This document shows positions 9,201-17,244 of a stretch of DNA of 64,000 nucleotides, one piece after another; the first letter of the stretch is position 1; every line of letters starts with the position of its first letter. The stretch is from Anaerolineae bacterium. Its GTDB lineage: Bacteria; Chloroflexota; Anaerolineae; B4-G1; SLSP01. Under the pieces are notes generated by a model. The model was not told where the DNA came from, made no database searches, and saw nothing but the letters and a program-made list of their open reading frames with translations. Made by a program: the position numbers and the translations under genes. The stretch spans positions 5,460 through 69,459 of the forward strand of contig JBNGDO010000003.1 of assembly GCA_049975385.1 (NCBI GenBank), in the 5' to 3' direction.

Positions 9201-10474
9201 TGGACCCAGTAATAGGTCGCGTGATCAGGGTAGCGGTGAATGGCGGGCAAGTAGACCGAGTCCATCGTCTGCCAGTCATAAATGCCTAAGGCGCTGTACC
9301 CGCTCAAGTCTTGGCCCGGTGCATCGTCGTAAAGGCGCTCTATCACCGCGCCTGAGAACGCGGGATAGCTTGTATCCATCGACTCAATGTCCATCGCCCC
9401 GGCCCAGGGGGCGTCTGGGATGGGTAAATTGGATTGCGTCATATAGCCGAAAGACAGCCCGGCGGTCTCGCTGATGACCAGGCCGTCTCCAACACGTTGG
9501 TAGGCGATGGACGACCCGCTACCGCTAGAGGCTGGGGCGGTTTGGCCGAGCCAGACCTGGCTGTAGAGTTGGTCAGTGCGATTGAGCACCCTGGGCACGA
9601 CCAGGCGCTCGCCAGCATCAAACCCGCTGCTCCCTTCCCAGGCTTCAGCGATGGCGCCATTGGCATCCAGCGCCGCTATATAGCCTACGAGTATGGCTTC
9701 AGGATCCTCAGCGATAAACGTCCCGCTTTCTGTAGGCGCTAAATGTCCCTGAGCTATGGGATCGTAGATAAAGAGTTCAAAGGGCGCGAGGATGACGGTG
9801 TCTGTATAACGTGTTACACCGCCGGACCCAAAATTGATGCTGACGGTTTCGGTATAGGCGTTAGCGTTCTGCAAATAGATGCGCGGGGTTAAATCCGCTC
9901 GCGGGCTGCCGACCCACGGGAAGACGATCTGGCTCTCGTTGAGGAGAGGGGTGTAAGCCGCCAGGTATTCGGGGGACCCGTCACCGGGCGTCGCTTTGAC
10001 TAAACATGAGAGGTACTGGTCGCTGCTAATCCAGCCCGTCCCTTCAGTGATGCCAGTGCCAAACAGTGCATCCGCAAGGTCTTCCGGCGTGATGATGGTG
10101 CTGCCGCGTGGCGGGATGGTGCGACGGATCTCGACTGGCGCACTTACCGCACCTTCCACACCCCACAGCGACAGGATGATGTTGCTTTCGCTGTACTCGC
10201 TAGTGTTCATGATGTGGATACTTGTCGGGACTTTATCAGGCTCGGTCGTGAAGTAGGGGACGGAGCATTCCGCGTAGAGTAGATAGTCGCTAGGTATAGA
10301 GAACGCTGTAAAGCCTACGGGGGTGCTGTTCGGGCTTTCCGGGGCTTCTTGGGCTTCCGGAGCTGTGGAGGGCGCGGTCAAGACGGGGGTAGGCGATGTC
10401 ACCGAGAACATCAGAACGAGCATCAGAACCGCACCGATTGTGGTCAGGATGCACAGGTAAATCTTGGACTTCAT
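6203..10474 (-). CDS. Large secreted multidomain protein (1423 aa). Parts are a signal peptide, a PPC (bacterial pre-peptidase C-terminal) domain, an 8x GGWASI tandem repeat and a possible clan-CD-like cysteine peptidase region.
   Basis: Signal peptide MKSKIYLCILTTIGAVLMLVLMF with RBS AAGGAGG upstream. A PPC-like DKDWYSFEI motif is present. There is a His (NAHFEHW) ... Cys (SMGCHAGYS) pair in the order typical of clan CD peptidases. That last assignment is tentative. Confidence 0.6.
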   Translation of the reverse strand: MKSKIYLCILTTIGAVLMLVLMFSVTSPTPVLTAPSTAPEAQEAPESPNSTPVGFTAFSIPSDYLLYAECSVPYFTTEPDKVPTSIHIMNTSEYSESNIILSLWGVEGAVSAPVEIRRTIPPRGSTIITPEDLADALFGTGITEGTGWISSDQYLSCLVKATPGDGSPEYLAAYTPLLNESQIVFPWVGSPRADLTPRIYLQNANAYTETVSINFGSGGVTRYTDTVILAPFELFIYDPIAQGHLAPTESGTFIAEDPEAILVGYIAALDANGAIAEAWEGSSGFDAGERLVVPRVLNRTDQLYSQVWLGQTAPASSGSGSSIAYQRVGDGLVISETAGLSFGYMTQSNLPIPDAPWAGAMDIESMDTSYPAFSGAVIERLYDDAPGQDLSGYSALGIYDWQTMDSVYLPAIHRYPDHATYYWVHNPSEYDVTFMLMIFNNDGVQKAAREQTLAPHTSVYWDQATMEEFGLAFDGTGKILLQETAGAIMVGGGERVLPPTKPPLDPYEYNNTYDTATPLSIPANITAAIGWRGDKDWYSFEIVEPSLLTVTLHNLPADYELIVAPDPSLLPELPPGQELSALDDPVITDEDGNIESTGGWASIGGWASIGGWASIGGWASIGGWASIGGWASIGGWASIGGWASISSNPGIQAEQVRVIAFYPGTYYAIVLPTDGAAYTDQPYNLSVETSPLSLPGCTWTPNYPVGLLSTEIYTGTSVTSTTHPLTLILYNPTRLAQTYGLAQTTLVTEALHLLADADNVRGILYPIESNPIVDEHYAYWNANYCNVQVANQLVQAIREEVVTPALLNEPEIKYVVLAGSDEQIPFYRQKDFTRIANEREFGRIGYAGSALGAATRLGFYLTDDAYGTLSGMELGYRGQYFWRPLQATGRLVETPENIELAINVFLETGGTLSSNSALVTGYDFLADSSTVIAGALGAMHFPSFPSTLINNTWTADDLRAEWTNRTTVPDLVAVNAHFEHWAALPASATTTADLFFNTDIIDADPSIAGSIAWSMGCHAGYSVPDDNVPGIYAQTTPDFPQALVSKGSTWIANTGYGYGTDDGIAGSERLMVYLTQELGRYTGVPIGMALRNAKLRYLQGLPHGGLTPYDAKSILEAALYGLPMYTVEVPNTLSPLDYVPPITTTQVATNPLSLKLLAQYVYVTPELHERSGNAGNYYSIGAEDLWTHGTTGRPLLPSASIQLPPLPDGIAWTPRGVLLRSANLTPVERMDPVVTRPVTDTAQTEPLLNEGLGWSSPRLFTVNAFEEGPNSVAGTFALYNTGSGEMRLVSNALIDILYTRPWNEDFTPPRILTAQALRITGTPTVTLEATAEDSEGFVKQFFFTFITAERIWSIPLDRDPNDPSGQSWTGIAEDIPANARYVLQAVDEAGNVAMAMNKGDYIPLNSEIRFIYLPLVLRESNSN
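8529..8685. repeat. Near-perfect 18-bp tandem repeat x8 encoding (GGWASI)8 inside the large secreted protein.
   Basis: Direct reading of the unit gatggaggcccacccgcc and variants. The opposite-strand ORFs here (MEAHPP repeats) are artefacts of this repeat. Confidence 0.9.
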
Positions 10475-10514
10475 TGCTGCCTCCTTTACAATAACCTTTT
10501 TTCAACGCTTAAAG

Positions 10515-10557
10515 CGGATCACAATCCGCTGTCCCCGCCGCGCCGGATTGTGATCCG
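10515..10557. terminator. 14-bp stem hairpin (cggatcacaatccg / cggattgtgatccg) between the cyclase gene stop and the start of the large secreted protein gene.
   Basis: Inverted repeat read directly from the sequence. The position fits a terminator for the upstream minus-strand gene, but there is no clean U-tract. Confidence 0.45.
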
Positions 10558-10596
10558 GCGTAAGCATTTTCGTCATCATTGGTACGGAATGAATAC

Positions 10597-13500
10597 CTAC
10601 TGCCAGGCTTTTAGCAGGGTTTCGGCCTGGTTCAGATCCCACTGCGCACCGAGGGTCGTAAACGTGGCGATGGCGGTGTGGAGGTGTTCGATTGCTGTAT
10701 CTGGTTGCGCGCACTGGTCATGCCACTTCGCTTGTGTCAGTATCGCCTGCGCCTCGCTGTAGCGATCCTGGTTGGCTTTTGCGATGCTTAGAGCCTGTTC
10801 GAGGGTGGTCTTTGCAGCGTCGCATTGCTCCAGGGCAAGATAGACTTCCGTCAGCAGCCTGTAGGTGCGGCAGGCTTCTTGCCGGTCTCCCTGCTCGTCA
10901 GCGGCTTTGAGGGAATCCTCGGCGTACTTGAGAGCCATCTCGCGCTGGTCGCGCAGCAGCGCTAACGCGCCACGATAGCGCAGGAGTTCGGGCAGCATCG
11001 TCGTCGATCCCAGCTCCGCGAAAAGCTGCTCCGCCCGGTCGAGCCGCTCTTGTGCTTCGACGAGCTTGCGCTCCATCAGCGCCAGCGCCGCCAGGTTGTT
11101 TTCCATCAATGCGATGCCGTACGTGATGCCGCGATCCTCCGCGATGGTCAACGCGCGGATGTAGGACATCCGCGCCTGGGAGATGCTGCCCTGATAACGG
11201 TACACCTCGCCGAGGTTGGCCGCGACTTTGGCTTCGCCTTCGATGTGGTGAACGCGCTGCGCGAGCCGGATCGCCTGCTCGCCGTGCGTGCTTGCGGCTT
11301 TCCATTCGCCCTGTGCGAGGTTGATGAGCAGTAGTTGATTGTGCGCGTCCATCTGCCCCACGAGATCGACCAGCGCCGTGTACATCTGTAAGCTTTGTTC
11401 GCCCAGGGCAAGCGCCTTCGTCGACTCACCCCGCAGCGAAGCCAGAAACGCCAGCAGATAGAGCGCGCGCGCGCGAATCTTGCGGGCCTCGGCGGCTTCC
11501 ATCCCCTCAGAGAGGGCCACACTGCGCTCTCCCCAGGTTTGGGATTGCTCGTTCTGCCCGCTGCGATAGTGCAGCCCCGCGCCCATCAGGGTCAGCCGCG
11601 CGCCTTCGAGCCGCCCCTCGATGCCCGGCAGGTTCAATCCGCGTTCCACTGCGGCAAAGGCTTCGGTGTAATGGCCCTGCGTTTCGAGCACGGCAGCAGT
11701 GTGATATTCCAGGTGGGCCAGTATCTCGATGTCACTTTCACTCTTGGGGACGGCTGGCAGCAGTTGTCGTGCCTGCCCCAGGTGTGCCAACGCACGCTCG
11801 TATTGCCCCAGGATGGCGAGCGCCTCGCCCAGAAGGTGATGTGCTTCGACGTGGGCGTCGGGTAGTGCGAGTTGTCCTGCCCCGATCGCTTCGAGTACAC
11901 GCTCAAACGCTTGAACTGCCTGATCGGTCAGGTAGTTGTCCAGGGCGCGCTGGCCTAACTCGAGATTGGCACTGACCGCCACCTCCCAGCTCTGCCCCTC
12001 GAAAGCGTGGAAGGCCAGCAGCGTGAGCCAGTTCGACGTGACGGCCTCGCGGTTGATGTTCAGGTAGTCCGCCAGCCGTTGGTGGATGAGACGGCGGATA
12101 CGGAAGGGCAGCCCGCGATAGGCGACTTCCCGGATCAGCGGTTGGCGGAAGATCAGCGTTTCGCCTTGCTCATCGCCCGGCACGAGACCCAGGGGATGAA
12201 GTTGCGGTAAGCGCCGTTGCACGACGGGCTGTGGCTCTTCGCCGTAGCCGGCGACCAGCATCGGCACCGTCATCTGTTCGCCGACGACGGTGGCGGCGCG
12301 TAGAAGGTGGCGACTCGGCGGCTCCAGTTGGTCGATGCGGCTCTGCAATAGCCCGTACGCCGTCTCGGGCAACGGGGCTTCTTCTAGCGGTTGGGAGAGT
12401 GTCCAGGCGCCGTTCTCCCTTTTCAATATACCCGAGGCGATCAATGTGCGCACGGCCTCGATGGTAAATAGCGGGATACCTGAGCCGCTCCTGGCGACCC
12501 AGCGTTCGACCTCACGCGGCAGCTGCGGTGTGCGCGTCACGGCACGCGCCAGGGCCAGCGTGGCTGCGCGCGCCAGCGGTTCGAGCGCGACATCGAGGTG
12601 ATGGTCGGACGTTTGCCAGCGTTTTTCGAGCGCTGGATCGTCGCGATGGGTGATGATTGTCAGCAATGGTGTGTCTGTCGGTTGAGTGATCAAGGCATCC
12701 AGCAACTCCAACGACGACGCCGGCATCCACTGCGCGTTTTCGAGGATGAGGACACAGGGCTTTTTCATGGCCGCGTGTTCCCACAGGTAGCGCACTACAG
12801 CCTGCCGCTGCTGTTCGCGCATCGCCGGGGGGAGTCCGGCAATCTCCGGTGAGGGTGGCATATCGATGTTGAGGAGCGGTGCCAGCAGCGCGGTCCACAC
12901 GCCTAGCGCGTGTTTGTCCATCGCCGCCCGGAGAGCATCAGCCTGCGCAGATGCCGGGACATCGTGCAGGCCCAGCAGCGCGCGCAGCGGCGCTTCCCAG
13001 GCCGCGTAGGGCAGGTGTTCGCCATACGAGGGCGCTGCACCGCCGTAAACGTGGTAGCCCATCGCACGCGCTGTCGCGGTGATGGCGTGGACCAGGCGGC
13101 TTTTCCCGATACCGGCAGCGCCGTGCAGTGTAACGACCTGCGCCCGGCCGGTTTTGAGTGCATCGAGGGCTGCTTGAAGTTTCGCTAGTTCGGCTTCACG
13201 CCCTGTCAATGGCAGTTCTTCGGTTTCTGCCTCGCTCAGCATCGGACGCGCGCTCTGAGCGGCGAAGGGCGCAATGGGCGATTGCTTGCCCTTGAACTTG
13301 CGCGGTTCCTCCCACACGCCTTTGACGCGATTCGTGATGGCCGGGTGGTGCGCTGTGTCGGGGCCGAGCCACACGTCACCCGGACGGCATACGGACATCA
13401 GGCGATAGGCGAGGTTGACCGCGTCGCCCATCACAGTGTACTCGCGACGTTCTGCGGTGCCCACATCGCCGGCAAAAACGAAGCCGGTGTTGACGCCGAT

Positions 13501-14697
13501 ACGCAGGGGCACGTCGCTGAAGCGCTCCTGAAGCTCCAAGGCCGCCAGCACTGCCCTGAGCGGATCGTCCTCATGGGCTTTGGGTGCCCCGAAAAGCACC
13601 ATCATATACGCCCCTTGCGGCGACGCGCCGATCTTGTTGACCACACCATCGTAATGGTGGACGACGTCGCGGGTGTGCATAAACGTGGCGTTGGGCGTCT
13701 GGACGTTCTCTAGCAGAGCTTCGGGATCGTCCCAATGCGGGGTCAGATCTGGAAGATCGGCCAGGGAGAGCATCAGAATCGTCACTTGGCGGATTTCGCT
13801 CCATTGTTGCACCTGGGTTGGATTGGAGGCCGTGGTCAGGTGGCTCAACAGATCGGAGGCCAGATACGGGGTGAGCGCGTCCATACGGGAGAGTAGCCAG
13901 TCGAGGTACTCGATCTCCTGGACTTGTGGGGTCACAGGCAGGGGGTCCACCGGCTTTGGCTGTGGGGGTTCCCTGACGCGGGTGATGAGGTAGAGGTCAC
14001 CGGCGAGCGGTTCGTAGTCCAGGACGGTGCCGCATAGATGTTCGGTGCTCGCGTGGACGACTACGCCGCCGGCCGGCGCGGCGCTTTGCGCCCGGCCCAT
14101 CGCCTCGAGCGGCGCGCCGGTAATCAGCCATTCCCGCCCATCGCGGTTGCCCAACCCCATCCCTACCATGCGCCCCGATCCCATACCGATAGAGATGCGT
14201 AGCGGGAAGCTGCCGAGTGAGGTGTGGACCTCGCCCATGTGCCGGATCATCGCCGTTTGGACTTCGATGGCGGCAGCGCAGGCGCGGTGCGCATGGCGCT
14301 CGCCGGTAAAGAGCAGCATCCCGGCATCCCCGCCGAATTTCTGGATGTCACCGCCGTAGGTGTGGGTGGTCGTGATCAGGATTTCGAGGAAGCGGTTGAC
14401 CAGCCCGGTCAACTCGTCGGCGCCCTGTTCGGAGGCCACTTCTGCAAAGCGTTCAGAAAGCTGTGTGAAACCGTCGATGTCGGCGAACATCACCGTGCCT
14501 TCCAATGGCAGCGCCATCGGGCCTCTCACCGGCGCTTCGACCACGTGGCGTGCGACGATGCGCGGCAGGTGCGATGCCGTGGCTGTGAGAAGCTCTTCCA
14601 TTCGCTGGATCAGTCCCGGTTCGTAGCGGAGGATGCGCTCGAGTATTGCTGCGGGTGGGGACTTTGCTTGTTCGCTAAGCCTGGACCATACTTCCAT
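10597..14697 (-). CDS. Multidomain signalling protein (1366 aa) with tandem class III adenylate/guanylate cyclase domains, a STAND/AAA ATPase and C-terminal TPR repeats.
   Basis: Two cyclase cores: GTVMFADIDGFTQLSE ... GGDIQKFGGDA, and QVTILMLSLADL ... RIGVNTGFVFAGDVG ... YTVMGDAVNLAYRL. Walker A VVTLHGAAGIGKSRLV. The long C-terminal half is TPR-like helices. Confidence 0.8.
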   Translation of the reverse strand: MEVWSRLSEQAKSPPAAILERILRYEPGLIQRMEELLTATASHLPRIVARHVVEAPVRGPMALPLEGTVMFADIDGFTQLSERFAEVASEQGADELTGLVNRFLEILITTTHTYGGDIQKFGGDAGMLLFTGERHAHRACAAAIEVQTAMIRHMGEVHTSLGSFPLRISIGMGSGRMVGMGLGNRDGREWLITGAPLEAMGRAQSAAPAGGVVVHASTEHLCGTVLDYEPLAGDLYLITRVREPPQPKPVDPLPVTPQVQEIEYLDWLLSRMDALTPYLASDLLSHLTTASNPTQVQQWSEIRQVTILMLSLADLPDLTPHWDDPEALLENVQTPNATFMHTRDVVHHYDGVVNKIGASPQGAYMMVLFGAPKAHEDDPLRAVLAALELQERFSDVPLRIGVNTGFVFAGDVGTAERREYTVMGDAVNLAYRLMSVCRPGDVWLGPDTAHHPAITNRVKGVWEEPRKFKGKQSPIAPFAAQSARPMLSEAETEELPLTGREAELAKLQAALDALKTGRAQVVTLHGAAGIGKSRLVHAITATARAMGYHVYGGAAPSYGEHLPYAAWEAPLRALLGLHDVPASAQADALRAAMDKHALGVWTALLAPLLNIDMPPSPEIAGLPPAMREQQRQAVVRYLWEHAAMKKPCVLILENAQWMPASSLELLDALITQPTDTPLLTIITHRDDPALEKRWQTSDHHLDVALEPLARAATLALARAVTRTPQLPREVERWVARSGSGIPLFTIEAVRTLIASGILKRENGAWTLSQPLEEAPLPETAYGLLQSRIDQLEPPSRHLLRAATVVGEQMTVPMLVAGYGEEPQPVVQRRLPQLHPLGLVPGDEQGETLIFRQPLIREVAYRGLPFRIRRLIHQRLADYLNINREAVTSNWLTLLAFHAFEGQSWEVAVSANLELGQRALDNYLTDQAVQAFERVLEAIGAGQLALPDAHVEAHHLLGEALAILGQYERALAHLGQARQLLPAVPKSESDIEILAHLEYHTAAVLETQGHYTEAFAAVERGLNLPGIEGRLEGARLTLMGAGLHYRSGQNEQSQTWGERSVALSEGMEAAEARKIRARALYLLAFLASLRGESTKALALGEQSLQMYTALVDLVGQMDAHNQLLLINLAQGEWKAASTHGEQAIRLAQRVHHIEGEAKVAANLGEVYRYQGSISQARMSYIRALTIAEDRGITYGIALMENNLAALALMERKLVEAQERLDRAEQLFAELGSTTMLPELLRYRGALALLRDQREMALKYAEDSLKAADEQGDRQEACRTYRLLTEVYLALEQCDAAKTTLEQALSIAKANQDRYSEAQAILTQAKWHDQCAQPDTAIEHLHTAIATFTTLGAQWDLNQAETLLKAWQ

Positions 14698-14878
14698 AGT
14701 TCGATTCTTTTCTTTGGGTTCTTCGGTGCTGACCGTGATGGTTATATTGTAGCGTATTTATGCGATTGTGAACAGTCGAGGACAGACTGCAAAAGTCTAG
14801 GCGTGTACTGTGTCTTGCAAAGTTATTATTCAGCGCAGATATTTGCTCGACCAAACGCCTCGTGAGACTTTTGTAGTC

Positions 14879-16030
14879 TTAATGCGCTGTGACCAGGTCC
14901 AGCCACGCGTTCGCCGTCCGCGCCCAGGTGAAGGTGGCGGCGCGTCTTAGTCCGGCCTGGCGTAGGCGCGCGCGCAGGGCCTCGTCATCGAGCACTTGCG
15001 CCAGCGCCGCCGTCCACGCGGGAACGTCCAGCGGGTCAACCAGCAGCCCGGCTTCACCGACAACCTCCGGCACGCTGGAGGCGGTGGAGGCGACGACGGG
15101 CGTGCCGCTCGCCATCGCTTCGAGGGGCGGAAAGCCGAAGCCTTCGTACACGCTCGGAAAGGCCAGCACCGCTGCCTGACGGTAGAGCGCGGGCAGGTCG
15201 GCGTCATCGAAGAAGCCCATCAGGTGTACGTAGGGCCGTTGCTCCGCCGCTGCCAGGATCGGTTCGGAAAGCCACGCGGGCCGGCCTACGATGACGAGGT
15301 CGAGGTTATGGTATTCGGCGAGGAGGTCGCAGGCCTCCATCAGACGGATGTAGTTCTTGCGCGGCTGGACGGTGCCGACGGAGAGGATGTAGGGCCGCGC
15401 ACCGACGTCGTACTGTGTCTGCAAGCGCGCGCGCTCGCCGTCTGTGACGTGTGGGCTGAAGCGCGATGTGACGCCGCCGTACAGCGTAGTTACTTTGGTC
15501 GGTGGGACGTTGAGCAGATCGATCAGGTCACGCCGGGTAGCCTCGGAATCGGCCAGTATGTGATCGGCGCGAGCGACGCTGCGCGGTACAGCCTGGTTGA
15601 GATATGCGCCCAACCTCGGCGGGAATGTCTTGGGGTGACGCAGGAACGAGAGATCGTGGACGGTCAGCAGCGCGCGAGTGTTCCGGCGCAGTGGCGGCAG
15701 GACGAAATCCGGCGAGTAGAAAATATCCACACGGCCCGTGATCCACTCGGCGGGAAGCGGCAGGCGCAGCCGTTGCCACAAACGCGCCATCCACTCGTCG
15801 GTGAGGGGGAGATCGCGAAATGCCAAGCCTGCGGGACGCACCGCTGTTTCGCGCAATTGCTGCTGTGCGCGTGCCCACGATTCACCCAGGCCTGCCGCTG
15901 CTGTCAGCAGCACGAAATTGTGAGAACTGGTGGAAGCCAAGACGGCATTGACCAACTCGCGGGCGTATCTGCCGATACCCGCGCCCTGCCGCGCTGCTGC
16001 CGTGTAGTCGATGGCAATGCGCATGCTCAC
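14879..16030 (-). CDS. Glycosyltransferase family 4
   Basis: 383-aa ORF with a GT-B fold and the C-terminal EX7E-type region EGFGFPPLEAMASGTPVVAS. Confidence 0.8.
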   Translation of the reverse strand: MSMRIAIDYTAAARQGAGIGRYARELVNAVLASTSSHNFVLLTAAAGLGESWARAQQQLRETAVRPAGLAFRDLPLTDEWMARLWQRLRLPLPAEWITGRVDIFYSPDFVLPPLRRNTRALLTVHDLSFLRHPKTFPPRLGAYLNQAVPRSVARADHILADSEATRRDLIDLLNVPPTKVTTLYGGVTSRFSPHVTDGERARLQTQYDVGARPYILSVGTVQPRKNYIRLMEACDLLAEYHNLDLVIVGRPAWLSEPILAAAEQRPYVHLMGFFDDADLPALYRQAAVLAFPSVYEGFGFPPLEAMASGTPVVASTASSVPEVVGEAGLLVDPLDVPAWTAALAQVLDDEALRARLRQAGLRRAATFTWARTANAWLDLVTAH

Positions 16031-16039
16031 CCTGCCGTT

Positions 16040-16513
16040 TTAGACGTCGTTGTACGTCCAGAAGCGATTGATGAAGAAATTCCAAAACAAAACCACGCCC
16101 GTCGCGATGACCTTTGCCGCATTGTACCCGATTTTGTGCGCCATTTCTGCTGTGGCGACGAGGCCTAGGCTATCAACTAGATTTGTGAAGGGAACGTTGA
16201 GCGCGAGCAGGATGCCAGTGTTGATGGCCCAGCCCATAATGTTCACGATGAAGAACTGCACCAACTGCGAGGAAATGGGCTTGGAGCGGGAATCAGGATA
16301 GGTCCAGTAGCGGTTCCATGTGAAGTTGCTGAACACGGCGCACGTAAATGAGATCGTGTTGGAGAGCGCCAGGTTCCAGTGCAAGACGGCGTGGAGGAAA
16401 TACAGAATACTAAAGTCCACCATCGCGCCGATGGTGCCGACTACGGAAAACTTGCCGAAGCGAAGCAGTTCTTTCTGGTGGCTTGTTGTCCAGAGCGTGA
16501 GTTTGTTTATCAT
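16040..16513 (-). CDS. GtrA family membrane protein (polysaccharide/lipid-linked sugar translocation helper).
   Basis: 157-aa ORF with 4 predicted TM segments and the GtrA-like pattern FGKFSVVGTIGAMVDFSILYFL ... FWNFFINRFWTY. Confidence 0.75.
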   Translation of the reverse strand: MINKLTLWTTSHQKELLRFGKFSVVGTIGAMVDFSILYFLHAVLHWNLALSNTISFTCAVFSNFTWNRYWTYPDSRSKPISSQLVQFFIVNIMGWAINTGILLALNVPFTNLVDSLGLVATAEMAHKIGYNAAKVIATGVVLFWNFFINRFWTYNDV

Positions 16514-16605
16514 GGTATCCTTTTATCGGCGCACAGGCCGGGCTATTTTCTAATTTGGCGATTATAACGGGCGGTGGACGGATGTCAACCGCTACCAGGA
16601 TCTTG

Positions 16606-17190
16606 TCATTTTTGCTTCAACTCGTTATAAAGCAGATCATGATTCCAGACTTGCGCTTCTATGTAAGGTGCTAAGCTTTTTGGTAGATTGATTTCCCAAT
16701 CTTCCTCTGGCATGCCCTTCTTCTCCACAATCGATAGGATTTCCGGAGAGTGTGAAGACTTTGCCATGGAGTTCAGCTTGATAATATTCTGCTGGCTTTT
16801 CCCGGCCAAACCACCGGGAAATCATGCTGTCTGGGTACGTAAAGCTGACATCGTATTCCGTAAACACGGAGAGCGGTATGCGGACTTCTCCATGTTTCTC
16901 TTGGTCTGGTGCTGCTTCAACTAACCATTTCGATGACCCAAGTACCATTGGGAGCGGAAACTGATCTTTTGGTTTTCCACCTTTGGCAATGAAAGCTTCT
17001 CTGACTCACCGCTCTGTGTCTTTTCTGTCTCTCAGATATTGAATTGGATTCTTGAACCTTTTACCATAGGGCGTATCGTCACAGAGTTTCTCCATGATTT
17101 CGATCGCTTCCTTATCTGATAATGCAGACAGGCTTTGAAATGGTCCGCTATCGATACTGTAATAGTGGGTCAAATAATCGATCATCGCTT
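16606..17190 (-). pseudogene. AT-rich, multiply frameshifted remnant of a roughly 200-aa gene of unknown function.
   Basis: The minus-strand reading frame jumps at least three times (MIDYLTHYYSIDSGPFQ...TER* / ...VEAAPDQEKHGEVRIPLSVFTEYD... / MAGKSQQNIIKLNS...). GC is clearly lower than the flanking genes. Confidence 0.55.
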
Positions 17191-17244
17191 TCTCTTTTGC
17201 AGGCTAACAGTGTCGTTGTAGAGGGGGGGGCGTAGAAATCAGGC

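Noticed and set aside
14996-16168. 390-aa plus-strand ORF.
   Set aside because: Antisense to the GT4 glycosyltransferase gene and partly to gtrA. No motifs.
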